Origin: Armatimonadota bacterium
GTDB taxonomy: Bacteria; Armatimonadota; SYMT01
Direction of reading: 5' to 3'
NCBI GenBank assembly: GCA_041690135.1
Contig: JAWLHY010000001.1
Span: 800,001-864,000 of the forward strand
DNA length: 64,000 bases
The notes under the pieces are model-generated. The model made no database searches and was not told the DNA's origin. It saw only the letters and a program-made list of their open reading frames with translations. Below, piece by piece: positions 36,194-45,982 of the stretch. The translations under genes and the position numbers were made by a program. Each line of letters starts with the position of its first letter. Positions within the stretch are counted from its first letter, which is position 1.

Positions 36194-37220
36194 CGATATT
36201 CTCCTTGGTGAACTTCATCGGCTCACCCAGTTGCACGACCTGCCCCTCGACTTTCTTTTCCCCAAGATCGCCGGCCTTGAACGTGGTATCGCCGGGCTTC
36301 AGCTCGCCCCGGGCCACGGCGCGGGCCACCTGCACCGTCAGGTAGCCCAGATCGACCGGATTCCAGAGGATGACCGTCTTCACCACGCCCCGGTCGACGA
36401 ACTCCTTCATCACCTTAGGCGTGCCCAATCCGACCACCGCCACCTGGCCCGTCTTGCCGGCCTGCTCGACCGCCTGGGCCGCGCCAGGAAGCGCGACGGA
36501 GGTCATGCCCCAGATCCCCTTCACGTCCGGGTTGGCTTTGAGGATCGCCTGGGCCTTCTCGAACGAGACCTTCTGGTTCTCACCCGCGTATTCCGTGGCG
36601 ACCACGGTCATCTTCGGGTACTTCTCTTGCCGATAGGCGTCCATCTCCTTCAGCCACGCGGACTGGTTCGGAGCAGTCGAGGAAGAGCTGACCACGGCCA
36701 CCTTCGCCTCGGGACCCGCCTGCGCGGCCATCTCGTCCACCAGAGCGACCGCAATGTCGTGGCCGCCGACCTGGTTGATGAAGAACTGCCGCTTCGACCG
36801 CTCCGCGTTTGCGTCCGCGTCGTAGGTGATCACGTTCACGCCCGCATCGCGAGCGCGGCTGAGGGAGGTGGAGATCTGCTCGGGGTCATTACAGGCCACC
36901 GCCACTGCGTCGAATTTCTGGAGCGCCCAGGCGTCGACCATCTGGCTCTGGTCTTCACTCTTGTCCTGGATGGGACCGTCGTAGACCAGTTCCACGTCGC
37001 CCAACTGCTGGGCGGCCTTCTTCGCGCCTTCCTCGCAGGCATTGAAGTACGGGATGCCCTTCTGCTTGGGCATCACGGCGATCCGGAGCGTTCCGCCGCT
37101 GCTTCCCGCCCCCGCCGTGGAAGTGGCCTGGGGGGTGCCGGAAGTACTGGAAGAAGGGGTGGTGCACCCGGCCAACACCGCGAGCAGGCCGGCTGTACAG
37201 AGGGCAGAAGTAACGCGCAT
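36177..37220 (-). CDS. Sugar ABC substrate-binding lipoprotein (RhaS/LsrB-like)
   Basis: Lipobox LAGC; MPKQKGIPYF, ITYDAD, LWNPVDLGY and FTKENIDQFDF. Confidence 0.9.
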   Translation of the reverse strand: MRVTSALCTAGLLAVLAGCTTPSSSTSGTPQATSTAGAGSSGGTLRIAVMPKQKGIPYFNACEEGAKKAAQQLGDVELVYDGPIQDKSEDQSQMVDAWALQKFDAVAVACNDPEQISTSLSRARDAGVNVITYDADANAERSKRQFFINQVGGHDIAVALVDEMAAQAGPEAKVAVVSSSSTAPNQSAWLKEMDAYRQEKYPKMTVVATEYAGENQKVSFEKAQAILKANPDVKGIWGMTSVALPGAAQAVEQAGKTGQVAVVGLGTPKVMKEFVDRGVVKTVILWNPVDLGYLTVQVARAVARGELKPGDTTFKAGDLGEKKVEGQVVQLGEPMKFTKENIDQFDF

Positions 37221-37497
37221 TCACTATCTCCACGCGGACGAGGTCCGCATTCATCGGCGGCCGGGCTCCCCTTCACTGGAGAGGCGGCCTTCATCTATCG
37301 TCGGCTAACGCTTGAGGTCTTGAGTTCCGACTGCGGAATACGGTATAGTTGTCCGGTTCGCCGGTGCTTTCGCCCTCCTTTGCGGCACATCTCTTTTTAC
37401 GAGCGTCCGGCGCTGCAGGTTTTTTGCCCGTGTTCGAGGGGATGTTCGGCCCCGGCCGCCCCCAGGTAACCGGCCGTTCCGGGATGGAGAAAATCCG

Positions 37498-37650
37498 ATG
37501 GCATCGCGACGCACCGTAATGATCCACGACAAGAAGCGCAACTCGACCGCCCGCAAGCGCACCCACCGGGAGCGGATCGAGCGCGCCCAGGAGCAGGCCA
37601 AGCTGCTGGCGAAGCTGACCGCCCAGGCCCGCGCCGAAGCTAAAGCCTAG
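37498..37650 (+). CDS. Small basic protein (50 aa), absent from the ORF track
   Basis: MASRRTVMIHDKKRNSTARKRTHRERIERAQEQAKLLAKLTAQARAEAKA; GGAG ribosome-binding site; strong GC3 bias; downstream hairpin. Confidence 0.72.
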   Translation: MASRRTVMIHDKKRNSTARKRTHRERIERAQEQAKLLAKLTAQARAEAKA

Positions 37651-37693
37651 TCGCAGCGGTCCACACTGCGGCCGATTTGGCGTTTCTATGATT

Positions 37694-37727
37694 TATGGGA
37701 CGGGTCTATCTGACCGGTCCCATATTT
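37694..37727 (+). terminator. Probable terminator after the small ORF
   Basis: Hairpin tatgggacgggtc/gaccggtcccata followed by ttt. Confidence 0.5.
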
Positions 37728-37740
37728 GCTTAGGCTCCTC

Positions 37741-38226
37741 ATGCAATCTCCACGCCTCTCCGGCTTCGTTTTTGCCGCGCTCCTGGCGGGTTCCGTTTTG
37801 AACCTGGCAGCCGGAGTGCGCCGCCCGGTCGTGGAGCGCGCCATTCTGGCGGGCAACCACTACGCGGCGGCGGACCGTGCAGCGGCCAGCGTGGAGAAGC
37901 TTCTTCCCCCCGGGGCGCCGCTCGCCCTGGTCGTCTATGACGACGATCTCCTGGGCGAGCTGGACTGCGCCATCTGGGCCGACTACCGATTCAAATGGCT
38001 GCTCTATCCGCGGAAGTTCGAGGTCTATCGCCGCACTGCGGGAGACGCACTCCAGCCGGATGCGCGCTACGTCGAAACAAGCGGGTTATCACCACGGCCG
38101 CCGGCCGCCGGCTCCTATTTGCTCTTCTTCCGCGTTACCGCCCCGCCGGAGTTGCTCGCGCGGCCTCTGGAGCTCGTGGCAACCGGCGAGAACTGGACCC
38201 TGGCCCGCCTGACCGGTGAGGATTGA
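37741..38226 (+). CDS. Membrane-anchored hypothetical protein
   Basis: N-terminal hydrophobic helix; WLLYPR motif; 6 bp from the next gene. Confidence 0.68.
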   Translation: MQSPRLSGFVFAALLAGSVLNLAAGVRRPVVERAILAGNHYAAADRAAASVEKLLPPGAPLALVVYDDDLLGELDCAIWADYRFKWLLYPRKFEVYRRTAGDALQPDARYVETSGLSPRPPAAGSYLLFFRVTAPPELLARPLELVATGENWTLARLTGED

Positions 38227-38232
38227 ACCCAG

Positions 38233-39618
38233 GTGGAAGCTCTCCTCAAGCTGCTGGTACTGATAGCCTGCGGCGTTCTCTACGTCGGTGCGGACCGGCG
38301 GCCCCGACCAGTCGGGCAGCTCCTGGCGCTGGGGCACCTCACGGGAGCGGCGGCGCTCGCCTTCGGCGTTACCCTCGGCCTGGCGGTGCTCGACCGGGTC
38401 GACGCGCGGTTTGCCATAGGGTCGCTCCTGGCGTTGGCCGCCGCGGGCCTGATTCGCCACGCGCGGTCCTCCTCCGCGGACAACACCGTCTCTGCTCCGG
38501 AGGGGGAACCCGCGGATGGAGCGGGACCGGGGCCTTCCGGCCGTTGGAACCCGCTCCTCGTCCTGCTGATCGGCGTCGGACTCCTGACCGCCGCCTCCCG
38601 GGTATTCCTGCTGCCGCTCGACTGGGACGGCTGGGCGATCTGGCAGCTCAAGGCGCGCGCGATGACGAGCGGTCAACTGAAAGAGCTGCTCACCGATCCC
38701 CGTTACCAGTACAGCCACCAGGAGTATCCCCTGCTGGTCCCTTCACACACCTGGTGGCTGTCCGGTTCGCACTTCTCGGCCCGTCTCGCGCAGGTGGGGG
38801 GACTGCTGTTCCTGCTCGACCTGTTCGCCCTGTTCTACTACGAGGCCCGCGCGCGCGTAGGAAGCACCTGGGCGCTGGCGGGTGGCGCTGCGCTGCTCTC
38901 CTGGGCGTTGATCCCCAAGCACACCGCTTCCGGCTTCTCCGACATCCCCATGGCGGCTTTTGCCTTTGGAGCGATGACGTTCCTGGTGCGCGGCGAACTG
39001 CGCCTGCTGGTACTGCTGTTGACGGGAGCCCTGTTGACCAAAAACGAAGGGCTCTTCACCCTGGGGGCCTGCCTGGTGGTGGCGGCACTCCCGTCCCGTT
39101 GGGTGGACGCTGCCGAGCCGCCGGAGCGCCGCGCACAGGGTCCGGGATCCGCCCGCCGTTTCTTTCCCCTGGGCGTGGTTCTCGCCACCGCGGCCGCGAC
39201 GCTTCTCCCCTGGGTCCTGGTGAAGCGCCGGTGGGAGATCCCCAGCGAGTTCCTCGATCCGCGGCGGTGGCCGCATCTCGACGCCGCGGAGATCGTCCGG
39301 CGGCTCTGGGTGGTGACGCAGGGCTTTGCAGGCCAGTTCGTCAGCGTGGGGCCATGGTATCCCGGTTGGGGGTTCACCTGGTTCCTGGCGCTGCTCGGCC
39401 TGGGGCTTTCCCTGCGGCACCGGCTCCGCACTACTCTCCCCTACTGGCTCCTCGTGGCCGCCCACTTCGCGGGCGCCACGCTGGCGTATCTCCTCACCCA
39501 CACCAGCCCCGCCCTGCACCTCTCGCGGTCTCTCGACCGGCTTATGCTCCACGTAGCTCCCGCCGCCCTCCTCGCAACCCTGGTGGCCGTAGTCGCTTCT
39601 GCGCAGCGCAAGTCGTGA
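38233..39618 (+). CDS. Polytopic membrane protein, GT-C-fold (GT39/PMT-like) glycosyltransferase candidate
   Basis: WDGWAIWQLKAR, HQEYPLLVP, SDIP, TKNEG and SLDRL; more than ten hydrophobic segments. Confidence 0.68.
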   Translation: MEALLKLLVLIACGVLYVGADRRPRPVGQLLALGHLTGAAALAFGVTLGLAVLDRVDARFAIGSLLALAAAGLIRHARSSSADNTVSAPEGEPADGAGPGPSGRWNPLLVLLIGVGLLTAASRVFLLPLDWDGWAIWQLKARAMTSGQLKELLTDPRYQYSHQEYPLLVPSHTWWLSGSHFSARLAQVGGLLFLLDLFALFYYEARARVGSTWALAGGAALLSWALIPKHTASGFSDIPMAAFAFGAMTFLVRGELRLLVLLLTGALLTKNEGLFTLGACLVVAALPSRWVDAAEPPERRAQGPGSARRFFPLGVVLATAAATLLPWVLVKRRWEIPSEFLDPRRWPHLDAAEIVRRLWVVTQGFAGQFVSVGPWYPGWGFTWFLALLGLGLSLRHRLRTTLPYWLLVAAHFAGATLAYLLTHTSPALHLSRSLDRLMLHVAPAALLATLVAVVASAQRKS

Positions 39619-39628
39619 AGCCGCCCTG

Positions 39629-41398
39629 TCAGAGCTCTTTCACGTACTGGATCACATCCTGGAGCTCGTCCGGCGTTAGCAGGTGGGCCTTTCCGTGCAG
39701 CTTCGTGGGGTTATGCTTCTGGAAGATCTCCTCGAGCGTCTTCGCCCGGCCGTCGTGCATGTACGGGTAGCTGTCGTACACCCCCGCCAGATGCGGCACG
39801 TCGAGCATCACCCCCTCCGGCGTGGTGCCCATCCAGGCCTTCCGTTGCGCTCCGGACTTGGGACCGTTGTGGCAGGTGATGCACTCCGCCTTGCCGGTGA
39901 AGAGTGTCTTGCCGCGGAGACCTGCTTCCGTGTGGGACCCGTCCGGATTGCGGTAGGGGTTCGGCGGTATCGGCAGCGCCTTCAGATAATTCACCACGGC
40001 GCGAAGTTGGGCGTCTTCAAGCCGGGGCGCTTGCAGCAAGCCCGTCACCTCTTCCTGGACGAAGTCTTCCAGGGTCTTGTCATGCCCGCTCCACCGGAAT
40101 GGCGCCGTGTCCGCGATGTTCCCGCGCAAGCTGCGGACGTTCCGGTTGATCTCCTTGCCCAGGCCGTCCGGCACGTGGACGAACTTCCAGGAGATCCCGT
40201 CGGTGTGACCGTCCGGATGGCAGGAGTTGCAGCTGAATTGGCCGCCTTTCACGATGGTCGCCGTGTTGAACAGGAAGCGTCCTTCCAGGTGCGGGTCTTT
40301 GCGGGACGTCGGCCCGAGATTGATCCTCCGCGTGACCTGGAGAGTTTCCGGATCGATCACGGCCAGGTCGTTGCCGAGGTGGTTGGCGACCCACACTTCC
40401 TTCCCATCGGGAGTAAAGGACAAGCCCTTCGGCATCGCACCCACCGCCCGGACGACCTTCGGCTCCCCGCTGCCGCTCCGCAGGCTCAGCACGTTGACGC
40501 TGTGCCCGCCGCTGCAGGTGATGAACGCGCGGCGCACCTGGGGATCGAACACCACCGTGTCCGGGTCGGCCACGTCCTTACCCAGGAAGTCCAGCCAGAT
40601 GTTTTCCGCGCCGTTCTGTCCCCCGTTGGGCACCTGGTGGAACGCCTGGTTCGACCAGATCCCGATCGCCGTTTCGGTCGGGCGCTCGTTCTGGGCCCGC
40701 TGGCCCACGGTGTAGACCAGCCGTCCGTTGGGGTAGACCGCCACGCCCCGCAGGTTCACGGCTGGGGTCGGCCCCTGGGCAACAGCCCGACGCGCCGCGG
40801 TATCGATGAAGGTCACCGAGCCCTGGGTCATGTTGGCCGTAACGAGCACTCGCCCGTCCGGGGTGAGCGAAAGCGCCCGGGGTCGGCGTCCCGTGGGGAT
40901 CTGGGCCGCTACGGTGCGCGAGGCGAGATCGAGCACCGCCACCTGGTCCAACTGGCTGATCGAGACGTAGGCGGCCTTGCCGTCGGGCGCCACCACCACG
41001 TCGTACGGCATCCCGCGCATCGGCACGAGTTGCACCTTTCGGGTGGACAGGTCGATCAAGGCGAGCGACTCGCTGAAGCTATTGGTCACCAGGGCGGTGG
41101 TTCCGTCCGGCGTTACGGCCACGCCCGTGGGCTGCATGCCGCCGGTGGGGATGTGGTGCAGCACCTTGCCGCTGGCCGTTTCGATCAGGGCGAGGGCCCC
41201 CTCGTCGAACTCGGTCACCACCGCGCGCGACCCATCCGGGGTAAAGGCGACCTCGAAGGGTCCGCGGTTGCCATCGAGCGCGGGCCGGACCTGAGCGGCG
41301 CTCGGCGGCTCCTGGGTGCGCGCGAGCCCGGCCATGGTGCAAACCAGCAGGGCGGATGACGAGGTGATGAGAGCGGAACGACGGAAACTCGATCTCAT
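39629..41398 (-). CDS. Secreted YncE/YVTN beta-propeller fused to a di-heme cytochrome c peroxidase-like domain
   Basis: Repeats of P.gva.tPDG...vtN; CNSCH, CITCH and PYMHDGRA; signal peptide from ATG 41398. Confidence 0.88.
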   Translation of the reverse strand: MRSSFRRSALITSSSALLVCTMAGLARTQEPPSAAQVRPALDGNRGPFEVAFTPDGSRAVVTEFDEGALALIETASGKVLHHIPTGGMQPTGVAVTPDGTTALVTNSFSESLALIDLSTRKVQLVPMRGMPYDVVVAPDGKAAYVSISQLDQVAVLDLASRTVAAQIPTGRRPRALSLTPDGRVLVTANMTQGSVTFIDTAARRAVAQGPTPAVNLRGVAVYPNGRLVYTVGQRAQNERPTETAIGIWSNQAFHQVPNGGQNGAENIWLDFLGKDVADPDTVVFDPQVRRAFITCSGGHSVNVLSLRSGSGEPKVVRAVGAMPKGLSFTPDGKEVWVANHLGNDLAVIDPETLQVTRRINLGPTSRKDPHLEGRFLFNTATIVKGGQFSCNSCHPDGHTDGISWKFVHVPDGLGKEINRNVRSLRGNIADTAPFRWSGHDKTLEDFVQEEVTGLLQAPRLEDAQLRAVVNYLKALPIPPNPYRNPDGSHTEAGLRGKTLFTGKAECITCHNGPKSGAQRKAWMGTTPEGVMLDVPHLAGVYDSYPYMHDGRAKTLEEIFQKHNPTKLHGKAHLLTPDELQDVIQYVKEL

Positions 41399-41724
41399 AG
41401 GTCTTTGGTGCCGGAGAAGTGAAAGTACAATGAAGAAAAGCGAAGTGGGGTGGATCGCAAATGCCCGGAACGGCCGGCGGCCAAACCCATAGACGCCGCG
41501 CCCCCCGGGGAGTTTCAAGGCGTACGAGGAATACGTCACACCCAACCGGACGCATCGCACCCGAACCCATGTAGTATAGGAACATACGTGGATCAGGCGT
41601 CGCTGGGCACCCGGGAGATCCGGGTGAGTCGCCTGGTTGCGCCCAGGCCGGATAGCCCCATCTCCTGTCCGTCCGGATGCCGGTCTCCGCATTCGGAACT
41701 GCATACCATACCCGAGGCACAGTT

Positions 41725-42273
41725 ATGAGACTTGACCGATCCCACCTCGTCGCGGGAGCCGCAGTCGCCCTGGTGGGGTCTCTGACCGTGGCCGCGCAAA
41801 GCGCGGCTCCGACCACCGCCCCCAAGCGGGAAGATCCGGCGTTGGCAGAAGCACGCATGCAGATTCAGGTGCTCACGGAGTTCTACCGCCAGGCAATCAC
41901 TGAGGCGCATGAGACCTGGGTGAGGGACGGCACCCCTCCGGCCGCCACGGTGCTCAAGCAGCTTTTCCCGCTGATGGAGAAGAAGGGCTGGCCCCGAACG
42001 CAGTGGCTCAGTGTCAATGGCCAGCCCGTGAACCCCGCGAACGCCCCACGCGACCGGTTCGAGGAGCAGGCTGCCCGGGCGCTCCGCCGTGGAGAGATCT
42101 TGGTCGAGGAGGTCCGGGGGAATAGCTACCGGGCCGTAGTGACCGTTCCGTTCACCGGCTCCTGCTACAAGTGTCACCCCACGAACAAGCCCCTTCATGG
42201 CCAGGGCGCGCTGAGTTTCCACTTGAACCTTGCGGCCCGAGACCGACGACCTCTCATGCCAAACAAGCGTTAA
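41725..42273 (+). CDS. DUF3365 (Tll0287-like) c-type heme protein
   Basis: Signal peptide; PVNPANAPRDRFE, CYKCH and GALS. Confidence 0.8.
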   Translation: MRLDRSHLVAGAAVALVGSLTVAAQSAAPTTAPKREDPALAEARMQIQVLTEFYRQAITEAHETWVRDGTPPAATVLKQLFPLMEKKGWPRTQWLSVNGQPVNPANAPRDRFEEQAARALRRGEILVEEVRGNSYRAVVTVPFTGSCYKCHPTNKPLHGQGALSFHLNLAARDRRPLMPNKR

Positions 42274-43181
42274 AAACCGGTTCCCTTGAAGAGCAACGTG
42301 GCAGAGCGGATTGTGGATGCGTGGGCCGCCACTGTTTCCTCCAGGGTAGGGGCGTAACCGCCGCCCATCACGGTGACCACAGGCACTCCCGTCGCCAGGC
42401 AACGACCGATGACCAGTTCATCCCGGCGGCGCAAGCCCGCTCGGGTGAGAGCCAGCCGTCCCAGTCGATCCCCCGCCAGGGGATCGATGCCGGCCTGAAA
42501 GAACACCAACTCGGGACGGAACCGCTTCCAGATCTCATCCAGTTCCGTGGCGAGAATCCGCAGGTACTCCTCGTCTTCCACGCCATCCTGGAGGCCGACG
42601 TCCCGCGAGCCGGGAATCTTCTTCAGCGGGTAGTTGCTCTCGCAGTGGATGGAGAAGGTAAACACCCGCGGATCATCTCGCAGGATGGCGGCGGTGCCGT
42701 TTCCCTGGTGCACGTCACAATCGATCACCGCGATCCGGCGGTGGAAGCCCTCCGCCTGCAGCACCCGGATCGCGACCGCCATGTCGTTGAAAGCGCAGTA
42801 CCCCTCCCCGTGATCAGCGAACGCGTGGTGCGAGCCCCCGGCGAGGTTGCAGGCCACCCCGGTTTCCAGGGCCGCCCGCGCCGCCCGGAGCGTGCCTCCC
42901 GTGGCATACAGCGCGCGACGCCGCAGGGCTGGTGTCCACGGGAACCCCAGCCGGCGCTCCTCCCCGGCGGTCAACTCACCTGCCAGGAAGCGATGGACGT
43001 AATCGGCCGTGTGCGCCAGCAGCAACTCGGCCTCGGTCGCCGGCTCGGCCCAGAGGATCTCTGCGTCCGAGATGACGTCCTCCGCCCGCAGCGCCTCGAA
43101 CACCCGCCGGTACTTCGCCATCGGGAAGCGGTGATGCTCCCCCAGGTCAAAACTGTAGTGCGGACTGTACGCGACCTTCAC
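42270..43181 (-). CDS. Histone-deacetylase-family (Zn-dependent) deacylase
   Basis: HRFPMAKY, GGSHHA, GYCAFND, DCDVHQGNGT, GDRLG and GGGY; GTG start overlaps the upstream stop. Confidence 0.93.
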   Translation of the reverse strand: MKVAYSPHYSFDLGEHHRFPMAKYRRVFEALRAEDVISDAEILWAEPATEAELLLAHTADYVHRFLAGELTAGEERRLGFPWTPALRRRALYATGGTLRAARAALETGVACNLAGGSHHAFADHGEGYCAFNDMAVAIRVLQAEGFHRRIAVIDCDVHQGNGTAAILRDDPRVFTFSIHCESNYPLKKIPGSRDVGLQDGVEDEEYLRILATELDEIWKRFRPELVFFQAGIDPLAGDRLGRLALTRAGLRRRDELVIGRCLATGVPVVTVMGGGYAPTLEETVAAHASTIRSATLLFKGTGF

Positions 43182-44068
43182 TGCGGATAAATCAGATACC
43201 CCTTCCGCTCCGTCCGCGCCGCCAGCACGTGTCCCGTGCCGGTCGTCACGTAGAGGGTGCTCAGGTCCGGTCCGCCCCACGTGCAGTTCGTGGGCCGATC
43301 GAATGGAACGGGGTGGGTCTCCAGCACGCGTCCGGTGGGAGAGAAGACGTAGATCATCGGACCGGGACCGCTTTCCTCCCAGCCGGCCGTCGCCACGATG
43401 TTCCCCTCCACGTCGAGGCACATCCCGTCGATGCTGCGGTGAGGATAGAAGTTGTGGAGCACGCGGTGCGCTCCGAGCGAGCCGTCCGCCTGGATCGGAT
43501 AGGCGCGCAGCTCTCGCTTGCGGTCCACGCCGTATTCACTCTGGGCGACGTAGAGCGTGGACTGGTCCGGAGAGATCAGCAGTCCATTCGGCCGGGTGGT
43601 ATCGAAGGTCACTCGCTCCAAACGCCACGAGGGGTCGCCCTCTGTTCCGGAGGGTGCTGCACGGAAGACCGATTCGTGGTCGAGTTCCATGTCGTCCCGG
43701 AAGTCGCCGTAGCGCGGATCGGTAAACCACAGACGGCCCTCCCGGTCGAAGGCCAGGTCATTCGGGCTGTTGAGGCGCGCCCCCTCGAAGCGATCGGCGA
43801 TTACGGTGACCTCGCCGTCCGATTCGTACCGGACGATCCGGCGCCCCTCTCCGGAGCCCTGGCAGCCGTAGAGCCGCCCGGCGCGGTCGAACATCAGGCC
43901 ATTGCCCTGGTGCGTCCCTTCCCGGTATACCGTGGTCTCCCCACTCCGGGGATCGTACCGCAAGATCCGGCTGCTGGGGATGTCCGAGAAAAGGAGCGCC
44001 TCACCCTCCCAGGCCGGTCCTTCCGTAAAGCCAAAGGGACCCGCCACCACCTCGAATTGCCACGCCAT
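43178..44068 (-). CDS. SMP-30/gluconolactonase family protein
   Basis: FTEGPAW, LNSPNDL, WFTDP, PNGL, DGMCLD and PTNCTWGG. Confidence 0.93.
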   Translation of the reverse strand: MAWQFEVVAGPFGFTEGPAWEGEALLFSDIPSSRILRYDPRSGETTVYREGTHQGNGLMFDRAGRLYGCQGSGEGRRIVRYESDGEVTVIADRFEGARLNSPNDLAFDREGRLWFTDPRYGDFRDDMELDHESVFRAAPSGTEGDPSWRLERVTFDTTRPNGLLISPDQSTLYVAQSEYGVDRKRELRAYPIQADGSLGAHRVLHNFYPHRSIDGMCLDVEGNIVATAGWEESGPGPMIYVFSPTGRVLETHPVPFDRPTNCTWGGPDLSTLYVTTGTGHVLAARTERKGYLIYPQ

Positions 44069-44397
44069 TGTAGTTCTCCCGCTGGGTCGAAAGTGTGTTC
44101 CGGTCAGGTTTTATCGCGTCCGATCGGCCCGGCCCGCGAAACAGATGGTAAACCGCCGTACCGGATATGGAAAGATGCCTTCAGCAACGGATCGGATCAA
44201 GTAAAGAAACAGGCGCTCTCCGGATTACTTGTAGCCCATGGTGGGATAGGTCCGGCGAGAATTTCCCCACGACGGCCGATAGCGGACCCAACGGCCGACG
44301 GCCATACTGGGAGAGGTCCTACCGGGGCGGATCTCACCGGGAGCGCAAGAAACGGAACGGCTCGGCGAACCGGCAAAGGTGCGGAGGAAACGAAGCG

Positions 44398-44892
44398 ATG
44401 ACCTGGTTCGATGGATTGATACTACTGGTTGGGTTGGCGGTGGTTGCCTGGGAAGTGCGACAGGAAGCCGGTCGCAGCCTGTTGGATACGATCGCGGTAC
44501 TGGGGGCAGCCCACTGTTCCAGCCAATACGGGCCGGCGGTCACCCGCATGCTCCATTGGAAGCCGCTGCCGGGCACAGAGACGTCGCCGGGGGCGCAGAT
44601 TCTCTGCTTCTTCGCCGTGTTGGCGCTGGGTCTCTGGATTGGGCGCACGGTGCACTGTCAACTCCGGTGGTCCATGGACCAGTTCGACTGGATGTTCGGC
44701 ATGGCGTTCGCCGTGGTGATTACGGTGACGGCCGGGCACCTGCTGACCGACGTCGTCGCGCGGCAGGCGATTCTGGCCAACGGCGCGTTGCCGGAATACT
44801 TCGACAGCTCCCTTCTCGCCGAGGAACTGCGTTCCTTCCGGAGCTATCACTACGTGCTGGAGACGTTCCACAACGCGCAGGGGTCGCGTTGA
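44398..44892 (+). CDS. CvpA-like membrane protein
   Basis: MTWFDGLIL start, four TM helices, D..FG..F pattern and late S.L motif; GAGG ribosome-binding site. Confidence 0.6.
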   Translation: MTWFDGLILLVGLAVVAWEVRQEAGRSLLDTIAVLGAAHCSSQYGPAVTRMLHWKPLPGTETSPGAQILCFFAVLALGLWIGRTVHCQLRWSMDQFDWMFGMAFAVVITVTAGHLLTDVVARQAILANGALPEYFDSSLLAEELRSFRSYHYVLETFHNAQGSR

Positions 44893-44968
44893 CGCACCCC
44901 CAGACGGGTGGTACAATGGCCTGATTGGTCGGATTTCGGCAATCCTCACTCCCATTCAGGCGCATCCT

Positions 44969-45982
44969 ATGATCACCCGTCGCTCCCTGCTCGCAGCCCC
45001 GCTCCTGCTCGTCGCCGGCGGATGTGGTCCTTCCCAGCCAGGCACCACCGGCAACGACCCCTCCACGGCCGGGGCTCCCGCCTCCGCCGAGGCGCTGAAG
45101 GTTGGGCTCGTCACAAACGGCTCGCTGGCCGACAGTGGTTGGAACTCCCTGGCGGGGCAGGGCCTGGAGCAGATGAAGAGCGAGTTGGGTGCTTCCACGA
45201 GCCATCAGAACGCGGGGGCAGCCCAGGCGGAGGAAGCTCTCCGTGGTTTCGCCCGGGACGGGTTCAAGCTCGTGTTCGCGCACGGCAGCGAGTTCGGCGA
45301 TGCCGCGAAACGGGTGGGTGAAGAGTACCCGGAGACCTACTTCGTGGTTAGCAGCGGCGAGGTGGAGGCGGCCAACGTCGCTTCCCTGGTGTTCGATTTC
45401 GGCGAGGCGACCTACCTTGCGGGCATGGCGGCCGCTGGTCTCTCCAAGAGCGGCAAAGCCGGTCAGATCGGGGGGCAGGACTTCCCTCCCGTCGTTCAGG
45501 GGTTCAAGCTGTTCGAACAGGGCGGCAAAGCCGTCAACCCCAACTTCGCCACCACCATCACGTACCTGGGTAACTGGTCGGATGCCAATGCCGCCAAGGA
45601 GAAGGCGCTGGCGATGATCAACGACGGTGCGGACGTCATCTTCCAGAATTGCGACGCCGCCGGGTCCGGGATCTTCCAGGCTGCCGAGGAAAACCAGGAT
45701 AAGGGGATCCTGGTGATCGGCTCGAATGCGAACCAGAACGATCTCAAGCCGGAGGTGATCGCGGCCAGCGCGGTGATCGATGTCCCGAAGACCTTCATGA
45801 CCGTGGCCCGGGACGTGAAGGAAGGGCGCTTCAAGGGCGGGATCTACCGCGAGAGCCTGAAGAGCGACACGGTCTACCTCGCCATTAACGATCGCTTCAA
45901 GGACCGGATTCCGGCGGAAGTGATGAAGAAGATCGAGGAAGCCGAGAAGTCCATCCGGGAAGGTAGCCTCAAGCTGGTCTAA
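44969..45982 (+). CDS. BMP-family ABC substrate-binding lipoprotein (nucleoside-type), twin-arginine-like signal
   Basis: TRRSLL...GGC; DSGWN, YLAGMAA, YLGNWSD and GADVIF. Confidence 0.9.
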   Translation: MITRRSLLAAPLLLVAGGCGPSQPGTTGNDPSTAGAPASAEALKVGLVTNGSLADSGWNSLAGQGLEQMKSELGASTSHQNAGAAQAEEALRGFARDGFKLVFAHGSEFGDAAKRVGEEYPETYFVVSSGEVEAANVASLVFDFGEATYLAGMAAAGLSKSGKAGQIGGQDFPPVVQGFKLFEQGGKAVNPNFATTITYLGNWSDANAAKEKALAMINDGADVIFQNCDAAGSGIFQAAEENQDKGILVIGSNANQNDLKPEVIAASAVIDVPKTFMTVARDVKEGRFKGGIYRESLKSDTVYLAINDRFKDRIPAEVMKKIEEAEKSIREGSLKLV

